Assembly (NCBI GenBank): GCA_044352465.1
Contig: JBILDU010000046.1
Coordinates: forward strand, 1 to 22,324
Source: Bdellovibrionota bacterium
Lineage (GTDB): Bacteria; Bdellovibrionota_C; UBA2361
Reading direction: 5' to 3'
DNA: 22,324 nt
Position 1 is the first letter of the stretch; the number at the start of each line of letters is the position of its first letter. Below the pieces are notes generated by a model, which was not told where the DNA came from, searched no databases, and worked only from the letters and a program-made list of their open reading frames with translations. The position numbers and the translations under genes are program-made. Positions 14,723-22,324 of the stretch are shown piece after piece.

Positions 14723-17026
14723 ATGTTCAGTGCAGAGCTGGGCTATACCCTGGAAGCGGCGTTTCGAGAGGCGGCGAGCCGCCGCCACGCCTTTTTCTGT
14801 CTGGAACATATTCTGTATGCATTTCTTTTCGATGAAGAGATCGCTGCGATCTTAAAAAAATGCGGCGGCGATATTGTAACGATAAAAAAAGACCTCGAGG
14901 ATTTCTTTGACCATCACGTTGAGAAATCAACTCCGTCGAGTGGGGTTCAAGCGATGGCGGATGAGGCCGAGCCGATCCAGACTCCGGCAGTGAAGCGGGT
15001 CCTCCAGCGAGCTATTCTTCATATGCACTCCGCCGCGAAGGGGTCGATAACCTCAAAAGAGGTTTTAGTCGCCATGTTCTCAGAGGAGGACTCGCACGCG
15101 ATCTTTGCCCTTAAAAAATACGATATATCGAGGCTCGATGTCTTGAACTGTATCACGCACGGCGTGTCGAAAGTCGGAGCGGATCTCGAGGACGAGACAG
15201 CAACAGAGTTCGGTGACGAAGATGAGCTGGGGAGTGAGGGAGAGGAGTTCGATGAGCCACGAGAGCCGAAACGGGGCGCCCTAAAACGGTTCACTGAAGA
15301 CCTTACGGAGCTTGCCGCCCAGCATGAGCTCGATCCGATTATTGGGCGGGAGGGCGAGATTGATCGCGCCCTGAAGATACTTGGCCGACGACAAAAAAAT
15401 AATCCCCTTTTTCTGGGCGATCCTGGCGTGGGGAAATCGGCCATGGCGCATGCGATAGCACAAAAGATAGCTGGTGGCGATGTTCCCGAGTCGCTCAAAG
15501 GTGCTCGGCTATTTTCCTTAAGCCTGGGTTCACTCATCGCCGGGACCAAGTTCCGTGGAGAGTTCGAGGAGCGGCTCAGACTCATTGTGAAGGAGCTGGC
15601 GGCCATACCGAAAGCGATTCTCTTCATCGACGAGATTCACACGATCGTCGGCGCCGGAGCCACAGGTACTGGCTCAATGGATGCAGCTAATCTCCTTAAG
15701 CCGGCCTTGGCGTCGGGTAAACTTCGCTGTATCGGAAGTACCACCCATGAAGACTATAAAAAGACCTTTGAGAAAGATCGGGCTTTAAGTCGGCGCTTCT
15801 CAAACATTGACCTGCGGGAACCAACCATCGCTGAAACGGTTGAGATTCTGCGAGGGCTGAAAGAAGCTTTCGAGAAACACCATGGGGTGCGCTACTCCGA
15901 AGCGGCGCTGAAGGCAGCTGCGGAACTTTCAGCGAAGCATATTAACGACCGATTTCTGCCCGATAAAGCGATCGATGTAATCGATGAAGCGGGCGCTGCG
16001 AATGCCCTCAAGCCTCTCGCAAAGCGAAAAAAGGTTCTGGTTGAAAAAGATATCGAATCGGTCGTTTCGGCGGTGGCGAAGGTTCCGGTGAAATCGGTTA
16101 GCTCCTCGGATGAGGCTCTACTTCAAAATCTAGAGTCCAATCTCAAGGGGCGCGTCTTCGGGCAAGAAAAAGCTGTTGAGGCGGTCACGCGAGCTATGAA
16201 GCGGAGCCGTGCGCAGTTAAAAGCTGATAACAAGCCGGTCGGATGCTTTCTGTTTGCCGGGCCGACCGGCGTCGGGAAGACCGAGCTTGCAAAGGCGCTG
16301 GCCGGGGAATTGGGGGTCCAGTTTCATCGCTTCGATATGAGCGAATACATGGAGAAGCACGCAGTAGCACGGCTCATCGGCGCGCCCCCAGGGTACGTCG
16401 GGTATGAGGAAGGTGGCATACTCACCGATCTCATTCGAAAGCAACCGTATGCGGTTCTTCTCTTCGATGAGATCGAGAAAGCGCATGAGGATATCTATAA
16501 TATCCTGCTCCAAGTAATGGATGATGCGACCTTAACCGATTCGCACGGCAAGAAGGCTGATTTCCGGAACGTCGTTCTTATCATGACGACCAATGCGGGT
16601 TCGGAGAAGGCCGCGGCTCTCGGGTTTGGACAAGCGGTTTCATCAGGGAATCAGGACGCCGCCATAAAGCGGCTTTTTAAGCCGGAGTTCCGGAATAGAC
16701 TTGATGAGGTGATTCATTTTAATCCGCTCTCGCGAGGTATCATTGAGGAGATCGTTCTCAAGCTCATTGGGGAGCTCGAATTGCAGCTCAAAACTCGTGA
16801 GGTCAAGCTCCATCTTGCCGACGCAGCTCGTGGTTGGCTCGCTGAGAACGGCTTCGATCCGTTGCTCGGTGCTCGACCGATGGCACGGCTGATTCAGCGG
16901 GAGATTAAGGACCATTTGGCGGATGAGATTTTATTTGGAAAGCTTAAAAAGGGAGGTCGTGTCTCCATCGATCTTCAACAGGGGAATCTTCATTTTTCGT
17001 TCGAGTCTAGTAACGCTTCTCGATAA
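14723..17026 (+). CDS. clpA: ATP-dependent Clp protease ATP-binding subunit ClpA
   Basis: Clp N domain, NBD1 GDPGVGKS / ILFIDEIH, NBD2 GPTGVGKT / LLFDEIEKAH, a LGF ClpP-docking loop and no long M domain; follows clpS. Confidence 0.97.
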   Translation: MFSAELGYTLEAAFREAASRRHAFFCLEHILYAFLFDEEIAAILKKCGGDIVTIKKDLEDFFDHHVEKSTPSSGVQAMADEAEPIQTPAVKRVLQRAILHMHSAAKGSITSKEVLVAMFSEEDSHAIFALKKYDISRLDVLNCITHGVSKVGADLEDETATEFGDEDELGSEGEEFDEPREPKRGALKRFTEDLTELAAQHELDPIIGREGEIDRALKILGRRQKNNPLFLGDPGVGKSAMAHAIAQKIAGGDVPESLKGARLFSLSLGSLIAGTKFRGEFEERLRLIVKELAAIPKAILFIDEIHTIVGAGATGTGSMDAANLLKPALASGKLRCIGSTTHEDYKKTFEKDRALSRRFSNIDLREPTIAETVEILRGLKEAFEKHHGVRYSEAALKAAAELSAKHINDRFLPDKAIDVIDEAGAANALKPLAKRKKVLVEKDIESVVSAVAKVPVKSVSSSDEALLQNLESNLKGRVFGQEKAVEAVTRAMKRSRAQLKADNKPVGCFLFAGPTGVGKTELAKALAGELGVQFHRFDMSEYMEKHAVARLIGAPPGYVGYEEGGILTDLIRKQPYAVLLFDEIEKAHEDIYNILLQVMDDATLTDSHGKKADFRNVVLIMTTNAGSEKAAALGFGQAVSSGNQDAAIKRLFKPEFRNRLDEVIHFNPLSRGIIEEIVLKLIGELELQLKTREVKLHLADAARGWLAENGFDPLLGARPMARLIQREIKDHLADEILFGKLKKGGRVSIDLQQGNLHFSFESSNASR

Positions 17027-17093
17027 ATACGTTCTCCTCTCCTCGCCTCGTCTTGTGTAGACTAATACAGTCTTCCTCCTTACTGGGTACGCC

Positions 17094-18170
17094 ATGGCTC
17101 GAAAACAAGTCGTCACTATCTCCGGTATCCGACCGGATTTTATTCGCATGTCCGAAATATTTCACAAACTTGATCGAGACTTCGAGCACGTTCTTATCCA
17201 CTCGGGGCAACATGTCGATTCCAATCTCTCAGATGTTTTTTTTAAGGGCCTCCAAATTCGTCAGCCCGACTTCAACCTCGGAATCGGGGGTCCAGGGAAG
17301 TATCACTATCATCAACTTGCAGAGATCTCGGTAAAGATCGTTGAGCTATTTGAAAGAGAGAAGCTTCATCCCGATGTTGTCATGTTTCTTGGTGATAGTA
17401 ATTCAGTGTTAGCGTCGGTGGTTTTAAAGAAGGAGGGCTACCGTATCGCGCATATCGAAGCAGGTATGCGGAGTTACGACTCGCGTATGCTTGAGGAGAA
17501 TAATCGCGTCGTTTGCGATCACATGAGTGATCTTCTGTTTGTGTACCATGAAAACTACAAGACCAATCTCCTTAAGGAAAATATACCGAGTGAAAAGATC
17601 CACGTTGTGGGAAATACGATCGTCGAGGTTGCTCGGCGCTGGATGAGCGAAGTCGGGCCGCGTCAGAGTGAGCATATCCTCGTCGATATCCACCGCCCTG
17701 AGAACTTCCGTAGTCCCGAGCGGATGCGGGCGATCGTCGCGTACATCGACGAGCTCGCCCGTCAGGTTCAAAAGCCGGTACTTTGGCTCAACTTCCCTCG
17801 AGCGATGAGCGTGATGGCGGAGAGTGGGGTTACATTGCCCGGCTCCTTCCGGGTTGTTCCACTGATGGGGTATATCGAGTTTTTGACCGCGCAGCGCCGT
17901 AGTTACTGTATGGTGAGCGATAGCGGCACCGCTCAAGAGGAGCCGGCCATCCTCGATGTGCCTGTGCTGGTGCCGAGGGATTTCACAGAGCGGTGGGAAT
18001 CGGTGCGGTCTGGAAACAGTGCGATGGTGGACCTGGCGCGGCCCTGTCATGAGCTCGTCCGAGAAGGGATAGATTTTGTAACGAACTTCAAGACGCCGGC
18101 TGATACGGTGTGGATGGGGAGTGGTAATACGGCCGAAAGGATTATTTCAGTTCTCGACCAAAAACTGTAA
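17094..18170 (+). CDS. UDP-N-acetylhexosamine 2-epimerase, non-hydrolysing (WecB/WbjD/FnlC family)
   Basis: GIRPDFIRM, IHSGQH, LGDSNS, AHIEAGMRS, EENNR, VGNTIVE, IHRPEN, SDSGTAQEE, TER.E. Confidence 0.92.
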   Translation: MARKQVVTISGIRPDFIRMSEIFHKLDRDFEHVLIHSGQHVDSNLSDVFFKGLQIRQPDFNLGIGGPGKYHYHQLAEISVKIVELFEREKLHPDVVMFLGDSNSVLASVVLKKEGYRIAHIEAGMRSYDSRMLEENNRVVCDHMSDLLFVYHENYKTNLLKENIPSEKIHVVGNTIVEVARRWMSEVGPRQSEHILVDIHRPENFRSPERMRAIVAYIDELARQVQKPVLWLNFPRAMSVMAESGVTLPGSFRVVPLMGYIEFLTAQRRSYCMVSDSGTAQEEPAILDVPVLVPRDFTERWESVRSGNSAMVDLARPCHELVREGIDFVTNFKTPADTVWMGSGNTAERIISVLDQKL

Positions 18171-18230
18171 TGCCAACAATAGGATAGGTAATATCTCTTA
18201 AGCAGCAAAGCCAGCGCGGGGAGCATCTAA

Positions 18231-18695
18231 ATGAGTATGAAAGGGAATGAAGAGGGACCGTCGATTACCAAAGGTGGCCTCGCGGTTGATGACCGGGGCA
18301 CGTTACGCTTCGTCAATGATTTTAACTTCGATGGAGTGAAGCGTTTCTACATGGTTGAGAACCATGCTGCTGGGTTCATTCGTGCTTGGCACGGACATCG
18401 GCATGAAGCTAAGTATGTCTATGTTGTCTCCGGGGCTGCGCTCGTCGTGGCAGTTCGCCTTGAGGATGCCCGACTCGATCTTCCGATAGAAAAAGCCTTT
18501 CGCACCGTTGTGAGCGACAGCGCGCCGGCGATCGTGCGTATCCCGGGTGGGTATTATAACGGATTTAAAACCTTAACCCCGGGTTGTCGAGTGATCTTCT
18601 TTTCCGATGCATCGCTTGAGGAGAGTAAGTCCGACGACCTCCGCTTGCCGTTCGAAGCCGTGAATGAAAAAATCTGGGAGATAGCTTACCGATGA
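18231..18695 (+). CDS. Cupin-fold NDP-sugar 3,5-epimerase-like protein (RmlC/FdtA-like)
   Basis: DDRG, VKRFYMV, IRAWHGHRHE, RIPGGYYNGF. Confidence 0.85.
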   Translation: MSMKGNEEGPSITKGGLAVDDRGTLRFVNDFNFDGVKRFYMVENHAAGFIRAWHGHRHEAKYVYVVSGAALVVAVRLEDARLDLPIEKAFRTVVSDSAPAIVRIPGGYYNGFKTLTPGCRVIFFSDASLEESKSDDLRLPFEAVNEKIWEIAYR

Positions 18696-19504
18696 GACGG
18701 ATAGGAGTGTTTGGGGCCTCAGGAATGCTCGGGGCCTACGTTGAAGCGTATTTCCGACAGAATGATTTTGATGTCATGTCTCTCTCCCGAGAGGACGTGA
18801 TCACCGATCCGGCGAAGCTGCGAGAGCGACTTGGGGCGCTCTCTTCGACCCCACTCACTCTCATAAATTGCGTCGGTGTCATTAAGCCGCAGGTGAGTAT
18901 TCAGGGAGCCGCTGAGACGATTCGGGTGAACTCTCTTTTCCCCCATATCCTCGCCGTGGTTGCGAAGGATCTCGGTCACCAGGTTCTTCATATCACCACT
19001 GATTGCGTCTTTTCAGGGCAAGAGGGCGGCTACACCGAGAAATCCCCGCACGATGAAACCGATATCTACGGGCGGTCAAAGAGTCTCGGCGAATCTGAGG
19101 ATTGTATGGTGATCCGCACCTCGATTATCGGAGAGGAGCGAACGCATAAGCGCTCGCTCATCGAATGGGCGAAGAGCCAAGCTGGCAAAGAGGTGAAGGG
19201 GTTCACCAATCACACTTGGAACGGCGTTACGTGCCTTGAATTCGCCAAGATAGTCCACCGTCTAATTAACGCGGGGGTCTCATGGCAAGGTGTCCGCCAT
19301 GTATATTCACCAACGGCGGTCAATAAGCTTGAGCTTCTCCAGCTCATTGATGATGCCTTCGGATTAAACCTCAAGATTCAATCTTTTGAGACACCGAGTC
19401 CGTGTCATCGTACTCTGGCAACAGACTATCCTGAGATTCTCAGCTGGTGTGAAGTTCCGGAGCTACGGGAACAACTGCAGGACCTAAAGACTTTCAAATG
19501 GTAG
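18692..19504 (+). CDS. NDP-4-keto-6-deoxysugar reductase (RmlD-like SDR)
   Basis: GASGMLG, INCVGVIK, VNSLFPH, HITTDCVFSG, YGRSKSLGE, RTSIIG; ATGA overlap with the cupin gene. Confidence 0.9.
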   Translation: MRRIGVFGASGMLGAYVEAYFRQNDFDVMSLSREDVITDPAKLRERLGALSSTPLTLINCVGVIKPQVSIQGAAETIRVNSLFPHILAVVAKDLGHQVLHITTDCVFSGQEGGYTEKSPHDETDIYGRSKSLGESEDCMVIRTSIIGEERTHKRSLIEWAKSQAGKEVKGFTNHTWNGVTCLEFAKIVHRLINAGVSWQGVRHVYSPTAVNKLELLQLIDDAFGLNLKIQSFETPSPCHRTLATDYPEILSWCEVPELREQLQDLKTFKW

Positions 19505-20760
19505 TCGCTCCTCAATCGATCGACCTCGCTGTTATCGGTGGAGGCCTTGTCGGTCTCGCCACCGCGTATCAGTACCTACGGGCCTTTCCTGGTGCAGGGG
19601 TAGTCGTCCTGGAAAAGGAGGAGGATGTCTGCCGCCATCAAAGTGGCCGTAATTCAGGGGTCATCCACTCGGGCATCTACTACAAACCGGGAAGTTTGAA
19701 GGCGCGAAACTGCCTCAGAGGCAAAGCTCTCCTAGAGGAGTTTTGTACCGAGCACAATCTCCCGTGGAAACGAACCGGTAAAGTGATTGTCGCCTCCTCA
19801 GCAGCTGAAATTCCACGACTGGAGACGCTCCTTGAGCGGGGGCGCGCCAATGGTGTTCCGGTTGAGCGGATCTCTCAAGAGAGGCTCAAAGAGATCGAGC
19901 CAGCAGTTGCAGGAGTCGATGCGTTGTATGTATCGAGCACTGGAGTGGTTGATTTCAAAGCGGTCGCATACAAGCTGCGGGAGCTCATCGTATCGATGGG
20001 GGGGCAGGTTGTCTGCTCGGCGGAGGTTAAAGCGATTGACAGTGCCAGGACACCGCTCCGAATCGTGACTACTGTCGGAGACTTCGAGTCGGAGCGATTG
20101 GTTAATTGCGCGGGACTGTACAGCGATAAAATCCTGGAATTATGCGGTGAAAAGCCGGAGATGCGGATTGTCCCGTTTCGGGGAGATTATTATTTCTTAA
20201 CCGAAGCCGCGGCAGGGCTGTGTCGCACCTTGATATATCCGGTGCCGAACCCTGATTTTCCCTTTCTTGGGGTTCACTTCACACGCGGGGTGCACGGAGA
20301 GGTCGACTGTGGCCCGAATGCTGTCTTGGCCTTCGCACGTGAGGGCTACACCCTTGGCGATATTAACTTGCGGGAGCTCTGGGAGTCCCTCTCTTTCGTC
20401 GGGTTTAGGCGCCTCGTGAGATCTCAGTGGCGCGAAGCTGCCCGGGAGCTCAGCGTTAGTATATCAAAGGCGCGTTTTGTCCGAGCGGCGCAACGGCTTG
20501 TGCCTGATGTCACGACGGCTGATCTCGTCCCGGCCCCATCTGGGGTGCGAGCTCAAGCAGTTTCTCCGGATGGGCGTGTCATTGACGACTTTGTCGTGAG
20601 GTATACCCCGAATGCGGTCCATATTCTTAACGCCCCGAGTCCAGCAGCCACGAGTTGCTTGAGTATAGGGTTGACGGTGGTACAGGAGGCTCTTTCCTGC
20701 GGGGCGGCGAGCACGCTATCCGCTGCGGCAAACGCGCGGGTTGGCGAAGGCTTCGCCTGA
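19498..20760 (+). CDS. lhgO: L-2-hydroxyglutarate oxidase family FAD oxidoreductase
   Basis: IGGGLVGLATA, HQSGRNSGVIHSGIYYKPGSLKA, NCAGLYSD, IVPFRGDY, IYPVPNPDFPFLGVHFT, SGVRAQA, NAPSPAATS. Confidence 0.95.
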   Translation: MVVAPQSIDLAVIGGGLVGLATAYQYLRAFPGAGVVVLEKEEDVCRHQSGRNSGVIHSGIYYKPGSLKARNCLRGKALLEEFCTEHNLPWKRTGKVIVASSAAEIPRLETLLERGRANGVPVERISQERLKEIEPAVAGVDALYVSSTGVVDFKAVAYKLRELIVSMGGQVVCSAEVKAIDSARTPLRIVTTVGDFESERLVNCAGLYSDKILELCGEKPEMRIVPFRGDYYFLTEAAAGLCRTLIYPVPNPDFPFLGVHFTRGVHGEVDCGPNAVLAFAREGYTLGDINLRELWESLSFVGFRRLVRSQWREAARELSVSISKARFVRAAQRLVPDVTTADLVPAPSGVRAQAVSPDGRVIDDFVVRYTPNAVHILNAPSPAATSCLSIGLTVVQEALSCGAASTLSAAANARVGEGFA

Positions 20761-20762
20761 GG

Positions 20763-20985
20763 TTAGATGGCGTAATGATTAGGTTTATAGCGTTCGAGAT
20801 TAGTGGGAATACTAAACCACTCGATCGTCTGCTTGAGGCCCTCCCGCAATCCTTCGAGGCCTCCAAAACGCGGATACCAACCCAAGAGTTTTTGAGCCTT
20901 CTTGGTTGAAGCCCAAAGGCGCGTCACTTCGCTTGCCTCCGGCCGTATTCGCTTGTCCTCGGAACGAAGTGAGACCGGTGAATCT
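20763..20985 (-). pseudogene. C-terminal remnant of an NAD-dependent 4,6-dehydratase (LegB-like)
   Basis: EDKRIRPEASEVTRLWASTKKAQKLLGWYPRFGGLEGLREGLKQTIEWFSIPTNLERYKPNHYAI matches the last ~70 aa of LegB-type SDRs. No Rossmann or YxxxK region upstream; the 5' boundary is approximate. Confidence 0.8.
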
Positions 20986-21135
20986 GGAGTATCTGCTCGG
21001 AATTTAGTTCCACTATCCTTTCCATTTCGATACCATCGAGAGGTATGTCGATAAGCGCGCATGGAATCGGCTCTGTGACGGGGATGAATAGATCGTCAGC
21101 AACGTGAGTATCTCAAGACTGAGGATGGACGAGGG

Positions 21136-21553
21136 GTGCTCTGCTCCGGGCGTCGGGTGTCGTTTCCACCGACCAGCCCGCGTGAATCGACCCAGAACCT
21201 GGCGGCAGCGGAGAGAAAAAATCAGGATGGGGTAGCGCTCGTTCAAGCGGGACGTCTGGCTGAGGCGATGGAGATATTTAAGGCGGGGCTGGTGCTAGCA
21301 CCTATTCGCGGCGCCCTCGCGACCAATTTCGGCGTGACGAGCTGGAGTGCGCGCCAGGAAGCGGATGCCGTTACCTACCTTTCGCTGGCCCTCTTGAGTG
21401 AGCCCGAATAACCGCCAGTCGGTGCTCAATCGGTCGTATGTACCCGTGAGCCTTGGCGATTGCGAAGCGACTCAAACCGTGTGCTTCGGGTACCTTCAGC
21501 GGCACGCCGATGGCGCCGGTGTCTCCGAGTTGTGGGGAAGCTTGCAGGGCTGA
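21136..21553 (+). pseudogene. Frameshifted TPR-domain remnant
   Basis: NQDGVALVQAGRLAEAMEIFKAGLVLAP...TNFGV..W.....DAVTYLSLALLSEP stops at 21411. Removing one C in GAGCCCG (~21400-21406) continues PNNRQSVLN..V..SLGD.EA......YLQRH to TGA 21553, completing a TPR-like pattern. Confidence 0.65.
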
Positions 21554-21616
21554 TTCTCCGATGGAGAGAGAATTTAAAGAGGACGCCCGGTGAACCGCTT
21601 TAACTTTAGGGGAGCG

Positions 21617-22258
21617 ATGACGGGGATCGTAGTCATCGGTTCCGGTCCCAGCTTGGTATCGGACGATGTGCGGATGGTGCAGGAGTTCCCAACTTTTGCA
21701 TTCAATCGGAGTTATCTGATCTTTGATGCATGGGACTTCCGTCCGACCTACTACGCCGCGCTCGATCCGGTAGCGCTCGAGCGGGTGAGGAGCGATCTAG
21801 TGTCGAAGGTGTTTCCGTCTGTTGGTCAAAAGGCCTTTCTGGAAAGGTGTGGTGGAGAGTCGTTCGCGCTTCTCCCGCGCGTCGCCCTCGTCGATTACGA
21901 CGCGGCGACCTCACCGCGAGTGGCTCTCGATCGAATCGCTGACTGCGGGACGGTGGGGGCGTCAAGCCTCCAGATCGTGGCGGCGCTCGGCTTTAAAAAG
22001 GTACTTCTGCTCGGAATGGATGCACACTATGATCTAGCAGACGGCGTACGGTCGCTCAGTTATTTCCACCCTGAGTATGCGCGTGGGGCTGCGTCGTATG
22101 ACCTCGCGGACCAATCTTTCGTGCTTCGGGGCTGGGAGCGGATAGCAGCGCTGTGCGCTGAGCAGGGTATCGAAGTTATCAATGCCTCGCGGCGAACGCG
22201 TTTGACCTGTTTCCCACGGGTCTCGGTTGAGGAGGGGGTGACATGGCTACGAACGTAA
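21617..22258 (+). CDS. DUF115 / Maf (MptE-like) fold protein, putative nonulosonate-related transferase
   Basis: VVIGSGPSL, TFAFNRSY, RPTYYAALDP, ALGFKKVLLLGMD, YFHPEY, VINAS...LTCFPRV; GGGGAG RBS before ATG 21617. Confidence 0.78.
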   Translation: MTGIVVIGSGPSLVSDDVRMVQEFPTFAFNRSYLIFDAWDFRPTYYAALDPVALERVRSDLVSKVFPSVGQKAFLERCGGESFALLPRVALVDYDAATSPRVALDRIADCGTVGASSLQIVAALGFKKVLLLGMDAHYDLADGVRSLSYFHPEYARGAASYDLADQSFVLRGWERIAALCAEQGIEVINASRRTRLTCFPRVSVEEGVTWLRT

Positions 22259-22324
22259 AAAGAGTAGCGCTCATCGGCGCTGGGTATATGGGCGCAGAAT
22301 ACGCCAAAGCCCTCACGCAGGCGG
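22243..22324 (+). CDS. Gfo/Idh/MocA-family oxidoreductase, N-terminus (partial)
   Basis: MATNVKRVALIGAGYMGAEYAKALTQA after a GGAGG RBS; overlaps the upstream stop and runs off the window. Confidence 0.75.
   Translation, partial: MATNVKRVALIGAGYMGAEYAKALTQA

Noticed and set aside
20986..21115. Further frameshifted LegB sequence upstream of the remnant (DTHVADDLFIPVTE...IVELNSEQ)
   Set aside because: The resemblance is too weak to support by eye; it needs a frameshift-aware alignment.

Overview
Bacterial chromosomal window, roughly 55-60% GC by eye. Gene content is compatible with a deltaproteobacteria/Bdellovibrionota-like organism (inference only). From left to right: a partial hypothetical gene; a PG-binding + M15B peptidase; a Ca2+/Na+ antiporter; a lytic transglycosylase and two tandem 287-aa flagellins, with sigma54-type promoters in front of the transglycosylase and the first flagellin; a minus-strand HDOD-like / alpha-beta hydrolase / Zn-phospholipase-C-like operon; divergent tRNA-Ala(GGC) and tRNA-Pro(GGG); a GT2; a carbamoyltransferase with an SxtJ-like partner; a receiver protein; aat divergent from clpS-clpA; and a surface-glycan cluster (2-epimerase, cupin, RmlD-like, lhgO, a LegB-like remnant, a frameshifted TPR remnant, a Maf/DUF115-like gene, a partial Gfo/Idh/MocA gene). 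The most unusual part is non-coding (8700-9530). tRNA-Pro is preceded by a degenerate copy of its own 5' half that ends exactly at the anticodon, plus a segment able to pair with either that copy or the real tRNA. It is followed by a hairpin-rich trailer containing a near-perfect antisense copy of its 3' half. tRNA-Ala is followed by a REP-like hairpin and degenerate repeats of its own 3' end. Family assignments come from motif recognition, not database searches.
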